Shown here: piece by piece, positions 35,563-47,322 of the stretch
Layout: every line of letters starts with the position of its first letter
Numbering within the stretch: position 1 is the stretch's first letter
Assembly (NCBI GenBank): GCA_040954595.2
Contig: CM082579.2
Coordinates: 16,340,856-16,404,855, forward strand
Source: Balanoglossus misakiensis
Taxonomy: Eukaryota > Animalia > Hemichordata
Length of the DNA stretch: 64,000 nt
Direction: 5' to 3'
Notes under the pieces: generated by a model
The model's input: the letters and a program-made list of their open reading frames with translations, nothing else
Told to the model about the DNA's origin: nothing
Database searches by the model: none
Position numbers and translations under genes: made by a program

Positions 35563-38500
35563 TTTAACATTTATTATTAGAGAGTGATGCAGAGAGAGAA
35601 TGGGATGGAGAGAGGGGGAGGAGAAGAGAGAGTTCAAGGGTCAAGGGTTAGAGTTCAAGGGTCTAAGGTCAAGGGTTGGAGATCAAGGGTCAAGGGTTAG
35701 AGTTCAAGGGTCTAAGGTCAAGGGTTGGAGATCAAGAGTCAAGGGTAAGAGTTCAAGGGTCAAGGGTTAGCGTTCAAGGGTCAAAGTTCAAGGGTTAAGT
35801 TGAAGAGTTGGAGATCGAGGGTCAAAGGGTCAAGGGTTGGAGTTCATGGGTCAAAGGTTCAATGGTTAGAGTCCAAGGTTCAAGGGGTCAAGGGTTAGAG
35901 TTCAAGAGTTGGAGATCGAGGGTCAAGGGTAAGAGCTCAAGGGTCAAGGGTTAGAGTTCTTGGGTCAAACATTCAATGGTTAGAGTCCAAGGTTCAAGGG
36001 GTCAAAGATCAAGGGTTAGAGTTCAATGGTCAAAGGTCAAGGGTTAGAGTTCAAGAGTTGGAGATCGAGGGTCAAGGGGGTCAAGGGTATGAGCACAAGG
36101 ATCAAGGGTAAGAGTTCAATGGTCAAGGGGTCAAGGGTCAAGGATTTGAGTTCAACGGTCAAGGGTTAGAGTTCACGAGCCAATGATTTGAGTTCAAGGG
36201 TCAAAGGTCAAGGGTATGAATTCAAGAGTTGGAGATCGAGGGTCAAGGGGGTCAAGGGTCAAGGGTATGAGCACAAGGATCAAGGGTTAGAGTTCAATGG
36301 TCGAGGGGTCAAGGGTCAAGGATTTGAGTTCAACGGTCAAGGGTTAGAGTTCAAGAGCCAAGGATTTGAGTTCAAGGGTCAAAGGTCAAGGGTTAGAGTT
36401 CAAGGGGTCAAGGTCAAGGATTATAGTTGATGGGTCAACAGTTGGCGTTCAAGGGTTAGAGTTTAATGGTCAAGGGTTCTAGGGTCAGGGGTTTAAAGGT
36501 CAAGCATTAAGGGTCAGTTGTCAAGTTTAGGGTTTAAGGGTCAAGAGTTTAGTTTCAAGGGTCAAGGGTTGGAGTTCATGGGTCAGAGGTTCAATGGTTA
36601 GAGTCCAAGGTTCAAGGGGTCAAGGATCAAGGGTTAGAGTACAATGGTCAAGGGTTAGAGTTCAAGAGTTGGAGATCGAGGGTCAAGGGTCAAGGGTATG
36701 AGCACAAGGATCAAGGGTTAGAGTTCAATGGTCAAGGGGTCAAGGATTTGAGTTCAACAGTCAAGGGTTAGAGTTCACGAGCCAATGATTTGGGTTCAAG
36801 GGTCAAAGGTCAAGGGTACGAGTTCAAGAGTTGGAGATCGAGGGTCAAGGGTCAAGGGTATGAGCACAAGGATCAAGGGTTAGAGTTCAATGGTCGAGGG
36901 GTCAAGGGTCAAGGATTTGAGTTCAAGGGTCAAAGGTCAAGGGTTAGAGTTCAAGGGGTCAAGGGGCAAAGGTCAAGGATTATAGTTGATGGGTCAACAG
37001 TTGGCGTTCAAGGGTTAGAGTTTAATGGTCAAGGGTTCTAGGGTCAAGGGTTTAAAGGTCAAGCATTAAGGGTCAGTTGTCAAGTTTAGGGTTTAAGGGT
37101 CAAGAGTTTAGTTTCAAGGGTCAAGGGTTAGATTTCAAGGGTCAAAGGTCGAGGGTTAGAGATCAAATGTCAAGGGTAAGAGTTCAAGGGTCAAATGTTA
37201 GTGTTCAAGGGTTAGAGTTCAGGGGTCAAAGGTCAAGGGTTAGAGATCAAGAGTCAAGGGTAAGAGTTCAAGGGTCAAATGTTAGAGTTCAAGGGTCAAG
37301 GGTTAGAGTTGAAGAGTTGGAGATCGAGGGTCAAGGGGTCAAGGGTAAGAGCTCAAGGGTCAAGGGTTGGAGTTCATGGGTCAGAGGTTCAATGGTTTGA
37401 GTCCAAGGTTCAAGGGGTCAAGGATTAGAGTTCAAGGGTCAAAGGTCAAGGGTTAGAGTTCAATGGTCAAGGGGTCCTGGGTCAAGAATTTGAGTTCAAG
37501 GGTCAAATGTCAATAGTTAGAGTTCACGAGCCAAGGATTTGAGTTCAAGGGTTAGAGTTCACGAGTTGGAGATCAAGGGTCAAAGGTCAAGAATTATAGT
37601 TGATGGGTCAACAGTTGACGTTCAAGGGTTAGAGTTTAAGGGTCAACGGTTAAAGGGTCAAGCATTAAGGGTCAGTTGTCAAGTTTAGGGTTTAAGGGTC
37701 AAGAGTTTTTTTTCAAGGGTCAAAGGTCAAGGGTTAGAGATCAAATGTCAAGGGTAAGAGTTCAAGGGTCAAGGGTAAGAGTTTAGGGTCAAGGGTAAGA
37801 GCTCATGGGTCAAGGGTTGGAGTTCATGGGTCAAAGGTTCAATGGTTAGAGTCCAAGGTTCAAGTGGTCAAGGGGTCAAACGTCAAGGGTTTGAATTTAA
37901 GTGTTGGAGATCGAGGGTCAAGGGGTCAAGGGTCAAAGGTCAAGGATTATAGTTGATGGGTCAACAGTTGGCGTTCAAGGGTTAGAGTTTAATGGTCAAG
38001 GGTTTAAGGGTGAAGCAGGGTCAGTGGTAAGGTTCAAGGGTCAAGAGTTTTGGGTTCAAGGGTCAAAGGTCAAGGGTGAGAGATCATGACTCAAGGGTCA
38101 AATGTTAGAGTTCAAGAGTGAAGGATTAGAGTTCAAGGGTCAAAGGTCAAGGGTCAAGATCAAGGATTATAGTTGATGGGTCAACAGTTGGCGTTCAAGG
38201 GTTCGAGTTTAATGGTCAAGGGTTCTAGGGTCAAGGGTTTAAGGGTCAAGCATTAAGGCTCAGTTGACAAGTTTAGGGTTTAACATTTATTATTAGAGAG
38301 TGATAGAGAGAGAGAATGGGATGGAGAGTGAGGGGGAGGAGAAGAGAGAGTTCAAGGGTTAGAGTTAAAGGGTCAAAGATCAAGGGTTAGAGATCAATAG
38401 TCAAGGGTAAGAGTTCAAGGGTCAAAGGTCAAGGGTTAGAGTTAAAGAGTTGGAGATTGAGTGTCAAAGGTTCAAGGGTAAGAGCTCAAGGGTCAAGGGT

Positions 38501-41500
38501 TGGAGTTCATGGGTCAAAGGTTCAATGGCCAGAGTCCAAGGTTCAAGGGGTCAAGAGTTAGAGTTCAAGAGTTGGAGATCGAGGGTCAAGGGGTCAAGGG
38601 TAAGAGCTCAAGGGTCAAGGGTTAGAGTTCATGGGTCAAAGGTTCAATGGTTAGAGTCCAAGGTTCAAGGGGTCAAGGATCAAGGGTTAGAGTTCAATGG
38701 TCAAGGGGTCAAGGGTCAAGGGTTAGAGATCAAGAGTTTTAGATCGAGGGTCAAGGGGGTCAAGGGTCAAGGCTATGAGCACAAGGATCAAGGGTTAGAG
38801 TTCAATGGTCAAGGGGTCAAGGGTCAAGGATTTGAGTTCAACGGTCAAGGGTTAGAGTTCACCAGCCAAGGATTTGAGTTCAAGGGTCAAAGGTCAAGGG
38901 TTAGAGTTCAAGAGTTGGAGATCAAGGGGTCAAGGGTCAAAGGTCAAGGATTACAGTTGATGGGTCAACAGTTGGCGTTCAAGGGTTAGAGTTTAATGGT
39001 CTAGGGTTCAAGGGTTAGAGATCAAGAATCAAGGGTAAGAGTTCAAGGGTCAAATGTTAGAGTTCAAAGGTCAAGGGTTAGAGTTCAAGGGTCGAGGGTT
39101 GGAGTTCATGGGTTAGAGGTTTAATGGTTAGAGTCCAAGGTTCAAGCGGTATAGGATCAAGGATTAGAGGTCAAGGGTTAGAGTTTAAGAGTTGGAGATC
39201 GAGGGTCAAGGGTCAAAGGTCAATGATTGTAGTTGATGGGTCAACAGTTGGCGTTCAAGGGTTAGACTTTAATGGTCAAGGGTTAGTTTTTTGGGTTCAA
39301 GGGTTAGATTTCAATGGTCAAAGGTCAAGGGTTAGAGTTCACGAGCCAAGGGTTAGAGTTCAAGCAACAAAGGTCAGGGGTATGAGTTCAAGAGTTGGAG
39401 ATCAAGGGTCAAGTGGGTCAAGGGTCAAGGGTATGAGCACAAGGATCAAGGGTTAGAGTTCAATGGTCAAAGGGTCAAGGGTCAAGGATTTGAGTTCAAC
39501 GGTCAAGGGTTAGAGTTCACGAGCCAATGATTTGAGTTCAAGGGTCAAAGGTCAAGGGTATGAGTTCAAGAGTTGGAGATCGAGGGTCAAGGGGGTCAAG
39601 GGTATGAGCACAAGGATCAAGGGTTAGAGTTCAATGGTCGAGGGGTCAAGGGTCAAGGATTTGAGTTCAACGGTCAAGGGTTAGAGTTCACGAGCCAAGG
39701 TTGGAGTTCAAGGGTCAAAGGTCAAGGGTTAGAGTTCAAGGGGTCAAGGTCAAGGATTATAGTTGATGGGTCAACAGTTGGCGTTCAAGGGTTAGAGTTT
39801 AATGGTCAAGGGTTCTAGGGTCAAGGGTTTAAAGGTCAAGCTTTAAGGGCCAGTTGTCAAGTTTAGGGTTTAAGGGTCAAGAGTTTAGTTTCAAGGGTCA
39901 AGGGTTGGAGTTCATGGGTCAGAGGTTCAATGGTTAGAGTCCAAGTTTCAAGGGGTCAAGGATCAAGGGTTAGAGTTCAATGGTCAAAGGTCAAGGGTTA
40001 GAGTTCAAGAGTTGGAGATCGAGGGTCAAGGGTCAAGGGTATGAGCACACGGATCAAGGGTTAGAGTTCAAGGGGTCAAGGGTCAAGGATTTGAGTTCAA
40101 CGGTCAAGGGTTAGAGTTCACGAGCCAATGATTTGGGTTCAAGGGTCAAAGGTCAAGGGTTAGAGTTCAAGGGGTCAAGGCGCAAAGGTCAAGGATTATA
40201 GTTGATGGGTCAACAGTTGGCGTTCAAGGGTTAGAGTTTAATGGTCAAGGGTTCTAGGGTCAAGGGTTTAAAGGTCAAGCATTAAGGGTCAGTTATCAAG
40301 TTTAGGGTTTAAGGGTCAAGAGTTTAGTTTCAAGGGTCAAGGGTTAGATTTCAAGGGTCAAGGGTTATAGATCAAATGTCAAGGGTAAGAGTTCAAGGGT
40401 CAAATGTGAGAGTTCAAGGGTTAGAGTTCAAGGGTTAGAGATCAAGAGTCAAGGGTAAGTGTTCAAGGGTCAAATGTTAGAGTTCAAGGGTCAAGGGTTA
40501 GAGTTCAATGGTCAAAGGTCAAGGGTTAGAGTTCAACAGTTGGAGATCGAGGGTCAAGGGGTCAAGGGTAAGAGCTCAAGGGTCAAGGGTTGGAGTTCAT
40601 GGGTCAGAGGTTCAATGGTTTGAGTCCATGGTTCAAGGGGTCAAGGATTAGAGTTCAAGGGTCAAAGGTCAAGGGTTAGAGTTCAAGACTTGGAGATCGA
40701 GGGTCAAGGGTTAGAGTCCAAGGTTCAAGGGTCAAGGATCAAGGGTTAGAGTTCAATGGTCAAGGGGTCCTGGGTCAAGGATTTGAGTTCAAGGGTTAGA
40801 GTTCACGAGTTGGAGATCAAGGGTCAAAGGTCAAGGATTATAGTTGATGGGTCAACAGTTGACGTTCAAGGGTTAGAGTTTAAGGGTCAGTTGTCAAGTT
40901 TAGGGTTTAAGGGTCAAGAGTTTTTTTCAAAGGTCAAGGGTTAGAGATCAAATGTCAAGGGTAAGAGTTCAAGGGTCAAGGGTAAAGTTAAGGGTCAAGG
41001 GTAAGAGCACATGGGTCAAGGGTTGGAGTTCATGGGTCAAGGGTTCAATGGTTAGAGTCCAAGGTTCAAGTGGTCAAGGGGTCAAAGGTCAAGGATTAGA
41101 ATTCAAAGGTCAAGGGTTAGAGTTTAATGGTCAAGGGCTTAAGGGTGAAGCAGGGTCAGTGGTAAGGTTCAAGGGTCAAGAGTTTTGGGTTCAAGAGTTA
41201 AATTTCAAGGGTCAAAGGTCAAGGGTGAGAGATCATGACTCAATGGTCAAATGTTAGAGTTCAAGAGTGAAGGATTAGAGTTCAAGGGTCAAAGGTCAAG
41301 GGTCAAAGATCAAGGATTATAGTTGATGGGTCAACAGTTGGCGTTCAAGGGTTAGAGTTTAATGGTCAAGGGTTCTAGGGTCAAGGGTGTAAGGGTCAAG
41401 CATTAAGGCTCAGTTGTCAAGTTTAGGGTTTAACATTTATTATTAGAGAGTAACGGAGAGAGAGAATGGGATGGAGAGTGAGGGGGAGGAGAAGAGAGAG

Positions 41501-43080
41501 TTCAAGGGTTAGAGTTCAAGGGTCAAAGATCAAGGGTTAGAGATCAATAGTCAAGGGTAAGAGTTCAAGGGTCAAAGGTCAAGGGTTAGAGTTAAAGAGT
41601 TGGAGATTGAGGGTCAAAGGTTCAAGGGTAAGAGCTCAAGGGTCAAGGGTTGGAGTTCATGGGTCAAAGGTTCAATGGCCAGAGTCCAAGGTTCAAGGGG
41701 TCAAGAGTTAGAGTTCAAGAGTTGGAGATCGAGGGTCATGGGGTCAAGGGTAAGAGCTCAAGGGTCAAGGGTTAGAGTTCATGGGTCAAAGGTTCAATGG
41801 TTAGAGTCCAAGGTTCAAGGGGTCAAGGATCAAGGGTTAGAGTTCAAGGTGTCAAGGGTCAAGTGTTAGAGTTCAAGAGTTGGAGATCGAGGGTCAAGGG
41901 GGTCAAGGGTCAAGGCTATGAGCACAAGGATCAAGGGTTAGAGTTCAAGGGGTCAAGGGTCAAGGATTTGAGTTCAACGGTCAAGGGTTAGAGTTCACCA
42001 GCCAAGGATTTGAGTTCAAGGGTCAAAGGTCAAGGGTTAGAGTTCAAGAGTTGGAGATCAAGGGGTCAAGGGTCAAAGGTCAAGGATTATTGTTGATGGG
42101 TCAACAGTTGGCGTTCAAGGGTTAGAGTTTAATGGTCAAGGGTTCTAGGGTCAAGGGTTTAAGGGTCAAGCATTCAGGGTCAGTTGTCAAGTTTTGGGTT
42201 TAAGGATCAAGAATTTTGTTTCAAGGGTCAAGGGTCAAAGGTCAAGGGTTAGAGATCAAATGTCAAGGATAAGAGTTCAAGGGTCAAATGTTAGAGTTAA
42301 AGGGTTCGAGTTCAAGGGTCAAGGGTTAGAGTTCATGAGCCAAGGGTTAGAGTTCAAGCGACAAAGGTCAGGGGTTAGAGTTCAAGAGTTGGAGATCAAG
42401 GGTCAAAGGTCATGGATTATAGTTGATGGGTCAACAGTTGACGTTCAAGGGTTATAGTTTAAGGGTCAAGGGTTTAAGGGTCAAGCATTATGGGTCAGTT
42501 GTTAAGTTTAGGGTTTAAGGGTCAAGTGTTTTGTTTCAAGGGTCAAAGGTTAGATTTCAAAGGTCATAGGTCAAAGGTTAGAGATCAAATGTCAAAGGTA
42601 AGAGTTCAAGGGTCAAGGTAAGAGTTCAAGGGTCAAGGGTAAGAGCTCATGGGTCAAGGGTTGGAGGTCATGGGTCAAAGGTTCAATGGTTAGAGTCCAA
42701 GGTTCAAGTGGTCAAGGATCAAGTGTTGGAGTTCAATGGTCAAGGATTAGAGTTCAAAGGTCAATGGTTAGAGTTTAAGAGTTGGAGATTGAGGGTCAAG
42801 GGGTCAAGGGTCAAAGGTCAAGGATTATAGTTGATGGGTCAAGCAGGGTCAGTGGTCAGGTTCAAGAGTCAAGAGTTTTGGGTTCAAGGGTTAGTTTTCA
42901 AGGGTCTAAGGTCAAGGGTTAGAGATCAAGACTCAAGGGTCAAATGTTAGAGTTCAAGGGTCAAAGGTCAAGGGTTTAAGAGTTGGAGATCGAGGGTCAA
43001 GGGGTTCAAGGGTTATAGTTCAGACAGCTGGTCAATGGTCAAAGGTAAAGTGTTAGAGATCGAGAGTCAAGGGTCAAATA
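35563..43080 (+). repeat. Satellite A: G-rich, telomere-like 7-8-mer satellite (GGGTCAA / GGGTTA / GAGTTCAA) in about 3 higher-order units
   Basis: Continuous variants of caagggtcaaaggtcaagggttagagtt. A header of about 70 bp (tttaacatttattattagagagt..gagagagaatgggatggagag..gggggaggagaagagagag) recurs at 35563, 38279 and 41429. Confidence 0.95.
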
Positions 43081-43634
43081 TTAAAAACATGCGATATGGA
43101 AATAACATCGCTTTTGTATTGTATAACCCTTGCCTGGGATAAACACCTGATAGAGCATTATGTTTCCTATAATTCATAATGTACATAAATAATTCCAGAT
43201 CAGCGCTGCTTGCAGTTTCAATAATTCTCCAAAATTCGACCGGATTTCGAAAACCGCATAACCTATGGGGCTGAAACTTGGTAGGGTGATAGGGACCAAT
43301 GATTGCAGTGGCTCGTAAATATTTAATTAGTCACATGATAGGGCTGGAGGTCTGGTTTTGGTTGGAGGCCCACCATGGGGTCAAAATTTTATGCCCCAAT
43401 TTTGGGTGACCTTTGACTTACTTTCCCATATCTCAGCATCCAGAGCAGTTAGACCCCTGGCGTTTGGGATGATTGAGCACACAATGGAGTCTTTATACAC
43501 GAAATTTTGTGACCTTAGGGAAGCCTTTCACTTCGATGTACAATTTCTTCTTTCTTCAGTTCATTAAAATTGTTGCCCATTGAGCCGATTCACCTATTGT
43601 GTACGTGTGTTCATTTAATAAAAGGAATAGCACT

Positions 43635-43815
43635 CAAATCAAATCAAATTGAAATAAATGAAATTAAATTAAATCGAAATCATATTATTAATGTTATAAA
43701 ATTAAATTAGAGTAAAATAAATTATATTAAATTAAATCAAATAAAAATCAAATTAAATCAAAACAAAACAAATTAATTAAAATACATTATATTAATCAAT
43801 CAAATTAAGTTAAAT
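43635..43815. repeat. AT-rich degenerate pentanucleotide microsatellite (AAATT/AAATC)n
   Basis: aaatcaaatcaaattgaaataaatgaaattaaattaaatc..., followed by a (CCAT)-rich tract to about 43930. Confidence 0.8.
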
Positions 43816-43899
43816 CCATCTGTCATTCATCCATCATTTATACATCCATCTGTTACCATCCATCTTTGAACCATCCTAATATTCATCTATCACCCATCC

Positions 43900-46800
43900 C
43901 AGCTATCATCCATAGATCATTCATCCACACTCATCCCGAAACCTAATCCTTACTGGGACCCCAAATTAATCCCATGACCCAATCCCCTTCGTACCTCAAA
44001 ACCTCACCCCGAAGTCAGTCCCAGAATTGTACTCTCAAAAAATACTTTATTACTCAAACACCAATCATCGATCCAATTCCAAACTTACACTTTCACCATC
44101 CCGTCACTACTCCCACCCAACTTCACCCCAGCCTATTCCCACTCGTTCCCCCATCATCACCCTGGACTCCTTCACCAAAACCGCAGCAGACCACATAATG
44201 CCTCCCTCTTTTACTCCACACCTTACACCCACCACAAATCCTAGCCATCACCCAACCTATCATAGCCCAAACAACCCAAACCCAAACAAAATTGACCCTA
44301 GCCCCACTTATCATCATCCAAGCTATCAATGCTCAACGGCAACCCAAATAACTTAAAGATTGGCATAAATCCAAACTCATACCACTGCTACCCCAAATAT
44401 ACAAAACCAAGACGATATTACGAACCAATACCTACCATTTGTAGCAAATACACGCCCAAAGATTTGATCCCATCTATCATCCATATATCATCCTTCCACA
44501 CTCATGCCGAAACCTAATCCTTACTGTGCCCCACCCTAATCCGATAACCCAATCAACTTCGTACCTCAAACATCACCCCGAAGTCAATGCAAGAATTATA
44601 CTATCAAAAAAATTCTTATTACTCAAACACCAATCACCTATCAAATTATAATGTTAAACTAACTCAGCTACCACTCACCACCCCGTCACCACTCCCACCC
44701 AACTTTACCCAAACCTATTCACACTCGCACTCCCATCACCACCCTGGCCTCCTTCACCAAAACCGCACCATCTCTTACACCACACCTTACACCAACCACA
44801 AATTTAAATCCTGGCAGTCACCCAACCTATTATGCCAAAACAATCCAAACCAAATCAAAATTGACCCTACCCTAAGCCTAACATCAATACCCGACGGCCA
44901 ACCAAATAACACTTAACTCATACCGCTGCCACTCCAACAATACATCAGGACTCTTTTTTTACAACCATTTGTAGAAAATAGACGACCAAAGATTTAATCC
45001 CTTCAAATATTCATCTATCACCCATCCCATCTATCACCCATATATCATTCATCCACACTCATCCCAAAACCAAATCCTTACTGGAACCCCACCTTAAACC
45101 AATGACCCAATCCCATTCGTACCTCAAACCTCTACCCGAAGTCAATCCCAGTATTGTACTCTCAAAAAATACCTTATTGCTCAAACAACAATCATCGATC
45201 CAACTCAAAACTTAAACTAATTCACACGACCTTGTCAGCTATCACCCACCACCCCAACACGACTCACACCCAACTTCACCTGAACATACTCCTACTCGCA
45301 CCCTCATCACCACCCTTGCCTCGTTCACCAAAGCCGCACCAGACCCTAAAATGCCTCAATCTCTTACGTGACCACACCTTATTCCCACCACAAATCCTAG
45401 CCATCACTCAACCTATCATAGCCCAAACAAACCAAACTCAATCATTCTTGCCCAACTTATCATCACCCAAGCCATCAATGCTCAACGGTGGTAACCCAAA
45501 TAACACTTAACTTAAAGATTGGCATAAACCAAACTCATACCACTGCCACCCGAAATATACAACACCAAGACTCTATTACGAACCAATACCTACCATTTGT
45601 AGCAAATACACGACCAAAGATTTGATCCCATATATCATCATTCCACACTCATCCCGAAACTTAATCCTTACTGGGCCCCACCCTAATCCGATAACCCAAT
45701 CAACTTCGTACCTCAAACATCACCCCGAAGTCAATGCAAGAATTATACTATCAAAAAAATTCATATTACTCAAACACCAATCACCTATCAAACTATAATG
45801 TTAAACTAAATCAGCTACCACTCACCACCCCGTCACCACTCCCACCCAACTTTACCCAAACCTATTCACACTCGCACTACCATCACCACCCTGGCCTTCT
45901 TCACCAAAACCGCACCATCTCTTACACCACACCTTACACCAAACACAAATTAAAATCCTGGCAGTCTCCCAACGTATTATGCCAAAACAATCCAAACCAA
46001 ATCAAAATTGACCCTAGCCTAAGCCTACCATCAATACCCGACGGCCAACCAAATAACACTTAACTCATACCACTGCCACTCCAACAATACATCAGGACTC
46101 TTTTTCACGAACCAAAACTTACCATTTGTAGAAAATAGGCGACCAAAGATTTAATCCCTTCAAATATTCATCTATCACCCATCCCATCTATCACCCATAT
46201 ATCATTCATCCACACTCATCCAAAAACCTAATCCTTACGGAACCCCACCTTAAAACAATGACCCAATCCCATTCGTACCTCAAACCTCTCCCCGAAGTCA
46301 ATCCCAGTGTTGTACTCTCAAAAATACCTTATTGCTCAAACAACAATCATCGATCCAACTCAAAACTTAAACTAACTCACACGACCTTGTCAGCTATCAC
46401 CCACCACCCCAACACGACTCACACCCAACTTTACCCGAACATACTCCTACTCGCACCCTCATCACCACCCTTGCCTCGTTCACCAAAGCCGCACCAGACC
46501 CTATAATGCCTCAATCTCTTACGTGACCACACCTTATTCCCACCACAAATCCTAGCCATCACTCAACCTATCATAGCCCAAACAAACCAAACTCAATCAT
46601 TCTTGCCCCACTTATCATCAATGCATCATTGCATCAATTCTCAACGGTGGTAACCCAAATAATATTTAACTTAAAGATTGGCCTAAACCAAACTCATACC
46701 ACTGCCACCCTGAATATACAACACCAAGACTCTATTACGAACCAATACCTACCATTTGTAGCAAATACACGCCCAATGATTTGATCCCATCTATCATCCG

Positions 46801-47322
46801 TATATCATCCTTCCACACTCATCCAGAAACCTAATCCTTACTGGGACCCCAATTTAAACCGACACAATCCACATCTTACCTCAAACCTCGACCCAAAGTC
46901 AATCCCAGAATTGTACTCTTAAAAAATACGTTATTACTCAAACAACAATCACCGATCCAACTCCAAACTTAAACTAAGGCTCGCGACCTTGCCAGCTATC
47001 ACCACTACCACACAACTTTACCCCAACCTATTCCCACGCACTCTTATCAGCACCCGGACCTACATCCCAAAAGCCGCACTAGCCCCACCAAAAAATTTAA
47101 ATCCTGGCAGTCACCCAACCTATCATAACTCAATTATCCCAAACCAAATCAAAATTGACCCTAGCCCTAACATTGCCCAAGCCTGTTATCAATACTCGAA
47201 GGCCACCCAAATAACTCTTAATGTAACAAAAATCCAAACTCGTACTGCTGTTACCCCAACTAATTTTAAACACTTTAACGCTATTCCGAACCAAAACCTG
47301 CAATTTTTATACACGACCAAAG
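43900..47322 (+). repeat. Satellite B: C/A-rich, G-poor tandem repeat; monomer about 560-600 bp, about 6 copies, with a dimeric unit of about 1147 bp
   Basis: The marker cacactcatccc.aaacctaatccttactg occurs at about 43925, 44496, 45053, 45643, 46210 and 46812. Near-identical spurious ORFs at 44587 and 45734 are 1147 bp apart. Confidence 0.92.

Noticed and set aside
36188-42457. Many ORFs rich in SRVKGQG/QGLEFKG
   Set aside because: They are by-products of the low-complexity satellite A (same for 57146-60401 on minus), with frames broken at random.
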